Shown here one piece after another: positions 25,427 through 33,500 of a stretch of DNA of 48,840 nt (the first letter of the stretch is position 1; each line of letters starts with the position of its first letter). A program made the translations under genes and the position numbers. The notes under the pieces are model-generated. The model was not told the DNA's origin. It saw only the letters and a program-made list of their open reading frames with translations, and did no database searches. Origin of the DNA: a bacterium (GTDB lineage: Bacteria; Zhuqueibacterota; Zhuqueibacteria; Oceanimicrobiales; Oceanimicrobiaceae); assembly GCA_046758765.1 (NCBI GenBank), contig JBHIAW010000002.1:1-48840 (forward strand), written 5' to 3'.

Positions 25427-25489
25427 CCTAACACTGTATATTGACCGGTTGTTTTGGAAACGTTATCCCTCCGCACAAATTTTGAGTAG

Positions 25490-26650
25490 TTAGTAACCAA
25501 AAGCAAATACTTGACGTATCGTGGTGTCGCCATAAGATGGGTCAATGGAACCAAAGTCATTCCAGCGCCGAATTCTATTCATAACGCATCGTTCTACTTT
25601 GCGACTGCTTATCGTTGAAGAAACAATGGTCAGTTTTTTCACCGCACCTTGAGGGGTGATAGTAAAACGAACAACCAGTTTGCCCTTCAAATTTGGATTC
25701 CGTTTAAGGGCTCTTTCGTAACAATATTGAATTGCGTTCTTATGCTTTAACACAACTGCCTGAATATCATCTTGGTTCCTTCCTAAAATACCTTTTTCGC
25801 CATTCCCTTCGATAAGAGGTGAGTCACTCACTACAACCAATTCGCCCGATCTTTCAAAAGACCTAGACTTGGTAGTTCCTAAGCCAGAAACCAATTGATC
25901 TATGCCTCCCCCTTCTTGAGCACGTTCGCCCTTTACGCCATCGCCGCCATCTCCAGAACCTCCTTTACTCCTACTCGGCATACCGCCTGTCTTAATTCCT
26001 GACAAATTTGATAGGGCTTTATCCAGGTCTTGTTCACTATTTCCCGATCTAAATAGGATGTCTTCTACTTCCTCTCCGCTTGCCACACTACTGGTACTTG
26101 TCAGTAAAGCGAGAATACCTTTAGAACCAATTGCGGCTGCAATCTCTTTTTGTGATCTACCTGTACCCTTGCCACCGGCTCTCCCTCGTCGAGCCGATCT
26201 GAGTTGCGATCTTTTAGTTGTTTTTGTAGCTTTACCTTTTGGTGCAGCCCCTTCAGCTAACTCTGTTTCTGAACTCTTTTCCTTATCGGCCTCTTCCGCC
26301 TCCTCAACAGGTCTTTCCTTAGAAAAATCAAATTTAGTGAAAAGCGCTTCTTTTGGAGCTTCACGTTCCACTAACATTTTTGCTAAACGTTGTTGAATTT
26401 TAGCTAACTTACTAATTCTGCTTTCCATCGAAGGCGGATTCAGCAAAAAATAAGATACCAACATTATGTGCGCTAAGATCGAAGCAATTAAAAAAGTTAT
26501 GAAGCGTTGATCAATACGATCTGAGAATGATTTACGGAATTCCCTTGGGAATTCTATTATTTTAGGCTCGAAAAAATCACTCTCCGATGTGTCATAATCA
26601 TCAAGCTCATAATCGTTGACGGAACGTGGATTCTTCTCTGCATCATTCAT
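25490..26650 (-). CDS. TonB-like energy transducer with AgmX/PglI-type C-terminal domain
   Basis: An N-terminal cytoplasmic segment plus one TM (FITFLIASILAHIMLVSYFLL), a long low-complexity E/K/G/S linker, and a C-terminal domain NAIQYCYERALKRNPNLKGKLVVRFTITPQGAV...VERCVMNRIRRW.F typical of the AgmX/PglI C-terminal family. Confidence 0.7.
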   Translation of the reverse strand: MNDAEKNPRSVNDYELDDYDTSESDFFEPKIIEFPREFRKSFSDRIDQRFITFLIASILAHIMLVSYFLLNPPSMESRISKLAKIQQRLAKMLVEREAPKEALFTKFDFSKERPVEEAEEADKEKSSETELAEGAAPKGKATKTTKRSQLRSARRGRAGGKGTGRSQKEIAAAIGSKGILALLTSTSSVASGEEVEDILFRSGNSEQDLDKALSNLSGIKTGGMPSRSKGGSGDGGDGVKGERAQEGGGIDQLVSGLGTTKSRSFERSGELVVVSDSPLIEGNGEKGILGRNQDDIQAVVLKHKNAIQYCYERALKRNPNLKGKLVVRFTITPQGAVKKLTIVSSTISSRKVERCVMNRIRRWNDFGSIDPSYGDTTIRQVFAFGY

Positions 26651-26727
26651 TTTTTCACCCTTAGCTTCCTTTGTGTGCAGGTTCTAATGAACAGATTATT
26701 AATAGTTCATAGGTATAAAATTAAACC

Positions 26728-27222
26728 CTATTCTCCTTTTCTATATACGAGAAGTCGCATGTTTGGGTACTCCGAAGCACCACAGGTCGCCATCACTTTT
26801 ACCAAGTCCCTATATTTTATACCCCTGTCCGCCTGAATGGTCACTTTACCAGAAAAAGGAATACCAAACTGTTCTTCCATGTTTTTCGCTTCAATAGCAT
26901 GGAATAATAATTCATTCTTAAGTGGCCTGATAATGTATCCTCTTTGTTTTTGCACACTTTTCAAATCAATGACGGGTTTGTCGTTGACCATAACAACTTC
27001 CTTAGAAACAATTAAATCCAAAGCTGTCTCGGCCGAAGTTTGTATGGTGGATTTGGGAAGAGTCAAATATTCAGATGGTTGAATCAATTGACCCTCTGTA
27101 GCATAGGTTTTCAGTAAAAACACCAAAATAATGGTAAACATATCCATCATGGAAGTAAGGTTTAAACGTCCACCGCCGGGATTGGTATCGTGCTTTTTTA
27201 TTCGAGATGGTATGAAGGCCAT
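26728..27222 (-). CDS. exbD: ExbD/TolR-family biopolymer transport protein (second copy)
   Basis: LNLTSMMDMFTIILVFLL (TM with the conserved Asp) and a periplasmic domain. ATG 27222 (GGAG 6 nt upstream) is preferred to TTG 27234. Confidence 0.85.
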   Translation of the reverse strand: MAFIPSRIKKHDTNPGGGRLNLTSMMDMFTIILVFLLKTYATEGQLIQPSEYLTLPKSTIQTSAETALDLIVSKEVVMVNDKPVIDLKSVQKQRGYIIRPLKNELLFHAIEAKNMEEQFGIPFSGKVTIQADRGIKYRDLVKVMATCGASEYPNMRLLVYRKGE

Positions 27223-27282
27223 AGGGATCTCCAATAACTACATTGAGATAAATAAGATACGAATTTTCATCTAATTTATGCT

Positions 27283-27813
27283 TTAAAGGACTGATGCACT
27301 AAAAGAAACTTTTGGGAACAAACTTATATGCCTACCATCTATTGATATTGAACGAGAAGCATCCATCGTACTGACTATATCCTGGTATTCTATCTGTGGC
27401 TCAGCCTGGATCACAATGGAATCAACATCCCTAAAACGACCGACAGCTTTTTGCTTAATTTCATAGAGTCTTTGAGAAAGTAGAGCATAATCGTATTCGC
27501 CATTAACTTTCGAAATAGAAGGCCCCTGCTCGGTTTTCATGATACCTGCCGCACTTGACAAAAAGAATCCTTTATCGGTAATCGTAACTGCCAAATCTAA
27601 TTTTAACTCAGTTTCTTTTGGCATGTCTGTTTTTACTGTCTTAGCCCCGGCCGCAGGGGGTAAATTTAATTCTATGACGCTGATTTTGATATACTGTGCC
27701 GATGAAAGTAATAGTGGTATGATCACCACCATAAGATTCATAACAGGCGTCAGATTAGGCTGCAAATTTTCTATTTTAACTCGTGATCTGCGGAAAGACG
27801 GTCTGTAGGCCAT
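27283..27813 (-). CDS. exbD: ExbD/TolR-family biopolymer transport protein (first copy)
   Basis: PNLTPVMNLMVVIIPLLL forms the TM, followed by a periplasmic ExbD-like domain. It starts 3 nt after the exbB stop. Confidence 0.8.
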   Translation of the reverse strand: MAYRPSFRRSRVKIENLQPNLTPVMNLMVVIIPLLLSSAQYIKISVIELNLPPAAGAKTVKTDMPKETELKLDLAVTITDKGFFLSSAAGIMKTEQGPSISKVNGEYDYALLSQRLYEIKQKAVGRFRDVDSIVIQAEPQIEYQDIVSTMDASRSISIDGRHISLFPKVSFSASVL

Positions 27814-27816
27814 GAT

Positions 27817-28467
27817 CTATTGATTCCCAGTTATAAGGTTAATCAATTTGACTGTATGTTCGTCGATTTCATCGATAATTTGAATGGTTTTATTGTGTAA
27901 GAATGTATAAATCAAAATCGCTGGTACAGCAATCGCCAGTCCCAACAGAGTAGTATTCATGGCGGTAGATATACCTGCTGCCAAAAAGGCTGACTTTTGT
28001 GCCGCGTCATAGCCAGCTTCAGAAACCGCACTAAATGCTAATATGAGTCCGTAGATCGTTCCCATGAGACCTATCAATGTGGATATATTACCTATCATAG
28101 CTAAGAATCCCGTTCTTTCTTGAAGCTTGGGAATGACTTCGAGAGTACCCTCATCCACAGAATTTTGAATAGAGCGAAAATCAACGGCCTCACTATCTGC
28201 AACCCTACGGAGTCCAGCACTTACGACGCGCGCTAATGCTTTGTCTTTGGCTGCCTCGCAAAGGTCTAAGGCTTTCTGATATTCTCCGGCCTTAACCAAT
28301 TTACGGATTTCCGCCATAAATTTGTTGGAATTGATATTTGACTTCACCCAAATGTAGTAGCTTCTCTCCACTGCAATGGCTACCATAAAGGCCGCCGTTA
28401 CCAATAGAGCCCACATGAATAACCATCCTGATGCTCCGGGACGGAAATGTTCAATTAAGTCACCCAT
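27817..28467 (-). CDS. exbB: MotA/TolQ/ExbB proton-channel protein
   Basis: Three TMs, with GFLAMIGNISTLIGLMGTIYGLILAF and TAMNTTLLGLAIAVPAILIYTF. SD is GGAGG. Confidence 0.9.
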   Translation of the reverse strand: MGDLIEHFRPGASGWLFMWALLVTAAFMVAIAVERSYYIWVKSNINSNKFMAEIRKLVKAGEYQKALDLCEAAKDKALARVVSAGLRRVADSEAVDFRSIQNSVDEGTLEVIPKLQERTGFLAMIGNISTLIGLMGTIYGLILAFSAVSEAGYDAAQKSAFLAAGISTAMNTTLLGLAIAVPAILIYTFLHNKTIQIIDEIDEHTVKLINLITGNQ

Positions 28468-28523
28468 GTCACATGTCCTCCATAATTAAAAGTGTGTCCT
28501 AAGATGTACCATTAATTATAAAT

Positions 28524-28883
28524 CTAATTCTTGTCTTTCGCAAGAACTTTTTTTATGATTTCGATTTTTTTCAAATTCTCAAGCTCGCTTTCTAAAAGCC
28601 ACAGCTTTTCTGGGCCTGAGTTGAGCTCATGTTCAAATGACCTGTCAATAAAGTCCATTTCTTCAAATACTGCATCTTCACGAGTTGGCAAAATGGCGAC
28701 GTTCGGCTTTTCAATTACTGCCTCAATAAAAATCTCTTCTAAGACTATTTCTTCGATTTTACCTACTTGTGTTGTATCGGACCTGACAGAGGTAGTATCC
28801 TTTTGAGCAAAAGCACATTCAATTATAATTAAATTTGCTATGGCTAGGAATAAAACTAAGTTATATCTACTTATTCTAGACAT
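28524..28883 (-). CDS. small signal-anchored or secreted protein of unknown function
   Basis: MSRISRYNLVLFLAIANLIIIECAFA|QK followed by an acidic body. ATG 28883 (GAGG upstream, no overlap) is preferred to ATG 28904. Confidence 0.5.
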   Translation of the reverse strand: MSRISRYNLVLFLAIANLIIIECAFAQKDTTSVRSDTTQVGKIEEIVLEEIFIEAVIEKPNVAILPTREDAVFEEMDFIDRSFEHELNSGPEKLWLLESELENLKKIEIIKKVLAKDKN

Positions 28884-28893
28884 TGACACCTCA

Positions 28894-31800
28894 TTATTTC
28901 TCATCTATCTTTGATTCTTCTTCAATATTGTGATCAAGGTCTTCCTCTAATGGTTCTTCAATATTAGACCAATCCGGTAAATTCTTGACTTCCAACACCG
29001 CCTCCAAGCTCCCAATCAGATCATTTGAATCTTGGACTTCTAATGATAAAACATTTTTCCCGCTTTGTAAAAACTTAGACAGATCATGAATACGAGTTGA
29101 TGGTTCTTGTGAAGAATCGTAATCATATACTGCAACAAATTGACCATTTAAGAATAGATTATATGAGCCATCCAAATTCAACTGGATTAATCCTGAAACA
29201 GGGAGTCCAGTAATTTCAAATGCCTTTCTAATATAAACCTTATTTTGACCTTCTGGAAACTGGGTTAAGTTAGCGGACGACAGGGTATCTTCTGAAGGCG
29301 CTGCTATATCAAATTTTGTAGAATCTGTGCCCGGAAAGCTTCTTTGATCCATTTGTATCCATATCTTTTTTGATGTGCTTTCAGCAAATTTAGTACTGGG
29401 ACCTATTTCTTTGGCAGGAGTCCATAGAGAGTCATTAAAATCAACTTCGTTCCAGCCAGAATAAAAATCGGCAGAAACTAACCAAGTAGAATTCGATGGA
29501 ATTAGCTTGGTTTCACTTGCCATTCCCAACATTTCGCCATATTCTTCAGGGTTGGACTGGACCAGGGCCAATTTAACTTTCTGACTCCAGGGATTTTCTA
29601 TAGCCAGCTCCTCGTAGGTCTCGTATCCGAACATAAGAATCTTTTGGACCGCATCGCGTAAGGAAAAATGGTTTTCCTCAAATGTAAATAACGCATCCTC
29701 ATAGTCAATGCGCTCAGTTTGTTTGAAGAGATTTTCATAATATCGACGTTTGGCATCTGCTTGTATAGAAAAAGAATCGGCTAAAGCTGCATACTCATAA
29801 ATTGACCTCATTAGATTCTCTTCGGCAGCGGCAATTTCATCGGATTGAATGTTCAACGAGCGGGCATTTTCAATACTTTGCTTATACCCTTTAGCACTCG
29901 CCAACATATAGTTACTACTGATCTCAATAAAATTAGACATTTGATCAGCTAATTCAAAGGCACTTTCGTCGCCGCTTTCAATCAAGTTCTCATAAGGTCC
30001 AACTATTTCACTGTAACCTGTTAACGCCTCAATTCCAAGATTTTTGTATTCGTTAGGAACCATATTACTCATGGTTACGATTTTGTTTTTGGATAATTCT
30101 ATCCACTGATTGTCAAGATTTAGTTCGGCTCCTTCATTAATATTTCGAGTATGCGCAGCAATAATCTCTTTTAAAGTTGGGTCCACAGCCTTTACCAAAA
30201 GCTGATATCGATACACTATTTCTTCCAATTTCTTCATCCCTGGCGGGGATGGAGCATTTAAGAATTGCTCTACCGATTCAAAATTGATTTCAGCTATGTG
30301 GTATAATGTTTCAGAAATCTTGCTCTGACATTTATTAATCCATTTTTCGGCAGCTATCAGTGTGGTATCTAATGGGACCAATTTACCTGATGTGGCGGCT
30401 ACTGTATCGGGTGTGATGGATTGGCTATATGCTTCTGCAAATCGCGATAGTACCTTGACTCCATTTTTGTAGGCCTCAACTGCCCTCTCGTAAAGTTCTG
30501 CGGCTGTATTGTTTATTTCCTTTTGGGCAACAATTCTTCGATTCTCATCCATCGCTGGAATATCCTGAAGAGCCCATGTTTGAGCAAAATCTTCGTAAAC
30601 CCTGCCGATTTTATAAGTAGCTTCATAAAGTCGAACCGTTCCATAACCTGCTAATTTTGTATAACTGTCAACTAAGTCTAAGAGAAGCTGTTTCTTCTTA
30701 ACTTTGTTTTCTGACATTACTGCTGGAGGCAGCTTAAATTCAATATTCTTGTACTCATTGTATTTGGACTCTGTTAACTCATATAAGGCTTCGGCTGCAA
30801 AAAAATCATTAGAATCTATACCGCGGTCCTTAAATTCGTTGTTTTTACGGACAGCCTTTTCAAATTCCTCTTTAGCTTCATTAATAAGATTATTCTCTTT
30901 CAAGTATTTTCCACGATGATAAAAGGCCTCAACTACTCGAGGCGAATCAGGAAATTTTTCTGCAAACGCTGCGTAGATGTTGTTTGCGCTCCCTAAATCG
31001 CCCAATTTTAAATAGTAATTTGCATTATTAAATAACAGCTCATCAGCATCTTCTGCGTTGGGGAATCTCTCAACAAATTTTGTGTTTACTTTGATGGCCC
31101 GCATCCATTCCTCAGCTTGAACAAATGAGACACTCGCGTTATATAACGCAACTTGAGCCATTTCTTCGTCTGGTTGTAGCTGGGCCAGTTTTTCATAAAC
31201 TAAGGCGGCATTATGAAAATCACTTAATTCCCTGTAGTCAAATGCCAAATTGTTCAGAGCATTCAAGGAGTGCTCAGATTTGGGATACTCGCTGAGCAAT
31301 TGGCTGTAACTATCTACTGCTCGTCTATATTCTTTCGCTTGTTCATATTCCAGAGCTGAATTGTACAAAGCCAAATCTGCGAATTCAACGTTGGGGGCCT
31401 GCGCAACCATCCTGCGATATTCTTGAGCTGCACGCAGATGTTCCAAAGAATCTGCGTATGTTTTGGCTTGTAAGAATATCGATTCGGCTAATCGTCGATT
31501 GGCTTTCGCTGCATATTCTGGGCTCATATCTCTCAGTCTTCTGGCTACTAACTCAGCGCTTTCATAGTCAGACTTGCCGAAATAGCTCTCCATAATAATG
31601 TATCGAGCATGGTCTATTTCGGGGCTTCCAGGAAAGTGCTTGACCAAGGTCCTAAAATACTTAAGTGCTTCCTTGAATTGGTGGTGCTCATAATATAAGG
31701 CCCCTGCTTTTGCGAGAATTTTGGCCGTCTCAGGCTCGTGTGGAAAAAGCTTGACATAATTGTCCAAAGCAAAAACCAGTCTCTTTTGATCCTCTGTAAG

Positions 31801-33444
31801 TGCATCTCTTTGAAGATGTAATCTTTGCCGAAGACTATCTCTGGAACTCAATCCTTCCCGAATCTCGCCGATAGTCAGGGGTAAGACTGTTCTTGGAGAT
31901 GAGAGACTGTCTGTTCTCAATACATCATCAGCAATAGCAATTGCGTTCTCGGCTGCTTGTTTCTGAAATCTAGTGTTCCAATATAAGTTGCTAATCTTAA
32001 TGTACTCATCGAATGCTTGATCGTGCAATGCAAGTTTGGCATCCAACGTTAATGCCATATTCCAATGAATCAAAGCGGCGTTACTGTTTTCAGAGAAGGT
32101 GGACAAATAGTCACGACTATCATTTACTGCCTGAAAGTAGAGGTTTTGGTCGTCGGTTTCTTTAGCTCTTCTTAGTAACAATTGGATGTTATCTCGCATC
32201 GCTCTTTCAGCTAAATCGAGTGCCTCTTTTCTCGCCTCTGGCTCCTCAACGTTTTCCCACCAATCCGTACCTGGTCGATAAGTACGAAATAATTCAGATC
32301 GCCGCACGTAACTCATACGTTCATCGTTCATTTTTCTGTATGCTTCGGCCATCTTTGCTTGGATTTCTGGAGCCTTAGGTGAATTCGGGTACATTGTTAA
32401 GGTGAGTTGATAGGCATTTATCGCCTGATCATATTCTTCTTTGACCTCCAGGTAAACATCACCGATCTTGCGAAGCACATCGAACCCATATTCTCTTCCA
32501 CCAAGCTCTCTAAAATATTCAGCCGCCTTCTCAGGACCTCCATAATCCAAGAAACTAATCCCGATATACTCAATTGCTTCATCCCGAACAGCCGGAAAGT
32601 GATACTGATACTCAGGATCAATCTCTTTAGCGTGTTCAATGTCGTCAGCTAACATGGTAAAATAAGAGATAGCCGATGGATAATCGTTCAATTTGTAGTA
32701 TGCCCATCCCAGACGATATAACGCCGCATCATAAATTGAACTTTCTTTGTAGTTTAATACTTGTTGATATAGGCCAATAGCTTTGTCAATGTCATTGACC
32801 GGGGGATTGAAATAATGTTCAGCCATCCGCATCAGGGCATCTGGAACGTACCGGCTCTCAGGAAATTCTTCAATCAGTTTTTGAAAAGCTTCGAAAGCTT
32901 GCTCTCGTTGGCCTAAATCTTCAAGCAAAAATCCTTTGTTATAGAGCGCATCGTCAAGCAAATTACTTTCAGGGAATTCATCAATAATTCTCTGGTACAA
33001 TCTCAGAGGTTCACCATAATCCTTATGAGGCTCCTCAGGCAATTGCTCAATTTCTCCCTTGTCATAAAGAGCTAATAATCGGTGATATTCGTCGTTGGTA
33101 ACTTCATAATCCAGTATCGCCTGTTCATAATACAATTCTGCCAAACGAACGATTAGTCTGTCTAATATTCGACTATTTGGATGGTCTTCAATGAAGGCTT
33201 CCGTATCCCTAATACCTTTGGCTCGCAGCTCGTCTTTTTCTATCAACAATCTTTCAGTCTCATTTTTGTAATACTCTTGCAGTTCCAACAAATCATCTAT
33301 CGAATAAGTCTGAAGGAGGGAATCCGTTGATAAAGCTGTATCTTTGTTTCCGGCGAGGCCGTTGGTTAGGGCTGGATTCTGGCTATAAGACCATGTCGAG
33401 CTCAAAATAATGGCTATGAATGTAATGACAAATTTCACTTTCAT
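28894..33444 (-). CDS. giant secreted TPR-repeat protein (1516 aa) with C-terminal beta-rich (jelly-roll-like) domain
   Basis: Signal peptide MKVKFVITFIAIILSSTWSYS|QN. There are dozens of TPR-like units (DALYNKGFLLEDLGQREQAFEAFQKLIEEFP...). The last ~220 aa are non-helical (WLVSADFYSGWNEVDFNDSLWTPA...YIRKAFEI...LNLDGSYNLFLNGQFV...VLSLEVQD). Confidence 0.8.
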   Translation of the reverse strand: MKVKFVITFIAIILSSTWSYSQNPALTNGLAGNKDTALSTDSLLQTYSIDDLLELQEYYKNETERLLIEKDELRAKGIRDTEAFIEDHPNSRILDRLIVRLAELYYEQAILDYEVTNDEYHRLLALYDKGEIEQLPEEPHKDYGEPLRLYQRIIDEFPESNLLDDALYNKGFLLEDLGQREQAFEAFQKLIEEFPESRYVPDALMRMAEHYFNPPVNDIDKAIGLYQQVLNYKESSIYDAALYRLGWAYYKLNDYPSAISYFTMLADDIEHAKEIDPEYQYHFPAVRDEAIEYIGISFLDYGGPEKAAEYFRELGGREYGFDVLRKIGDVYLEVKEEYDQAINAYQLTLTMYPNSPKAPEIQAKMAEAYRKMNDERMSYVRRSELFRTYRPGTDWWENVEEPEARKEALDLAERAMRDNIQLLLRRAKETDDQNLYFQAVNDSRDYLSTFSENSNAALIHWNMALTLDAKLALHDQAFDEYIKISNLYWNTRFQKQAAENAIAIADDVLRTDSLSSPRTVLPLTIGEIREGLSSRDSLRQRLHLQRDALTEDQKRLVFALDNYVKLFPHEPETAKILAKAGALYYEHHQFKEALKYFRTLVKHFPGSPEIDHARYIIMESYFGKSDYESAELVARRLRDMSPEYAAKANRRLAESIFLQAKTYADSLEHLRAAQEYRRMVAQAPNVEFADLALYNSALEYEQAKEYRRAVDSYSQLLSEYPKSEHSLNALNNLAFDYRELSDFHNAALVYEKLAQLQPDEEMAQVALYNASVSFVQAEEWMRAIKVNTKFVERFPNAEDADELLFNNANYYLKLGDLGSANNIYAAFAEKFPDSPRVVEAFYHRGKYLKENNLINEAKEEFEKAVRKNNEFKDRGIDSNDFFAAEALYELTESKYNEYKNIEFKLPPAVMSENKVKKKQLLLDLVDSYTKLAGYGTVRLYEATYKIGRVYEDFAQTWALQDIPAMDENRRIVAQKEINNTAAELYERAVEAYKNGVKVLSRFAEAYSQSITPDTVAATSGKLVPLDTTLIAAEKWINKCQSKISETLYHIAEINFESVEQFLNAPSPPGMKKLEEIVYRYQLLVKAVDPTLKEIIAAHTRNINEGAELNLDNQWIELSKNKIVTMSNMVPNEYKNLGIEALTGYSEIVGPYENLIESGDESAFELADQMSNFIEISSNYMLASAKGYKQSIENARSLNIQSDEIAAAEENLMRSIYEYAALADSFSIQADAKRRYYENLFKQTERIDYEDALFTFEENHFSLRDAVQKILMFGYETYEELAIENPWSQKVKLALVQSNPEEYGEMLGMASETKLIPSNSTWLVSADFYSGWNEVDFNDSLWTPAKEIGPSTKFAESTSKKIWIQMDQRSFPGTDSTKFDIAAPSEDTLSSANLTQFPEGQNKVYIRKAFEITGLPVSGLIQLNLDGSYNLFLNGQFVAVYDYDSSQEPSTRIHDLSKFLQSGKNVLSLEVQDSNDLIGSLEAVLEVKNLPDWSNIEEPLEEDLDHNIEEESKIDEK

Positions 33445-33500
33445 TTTTCCAATTTAGGGGTGAACGTCCTGTCCTTTGCTAAAATTAATTTGTCAGACTT

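Noticed and set aside
25360-25560. 66-aa minus-strand ORF overlapping the TonB-like gene's 3' end
   Set aside because: It overlaps the inverted repeat 25356-25426 and the real gene's C-terminus, and has no SD. I regard it as spurious.
28884-28904. Upstream ATG 28904 for the small protein, giving an 11-nt overlap with the 1516-aa gene
   Set aside because: There is no SD. ATG 28883 is preceded by GAGG at about 5 nt and begins directly at the signal-anchor sequence.
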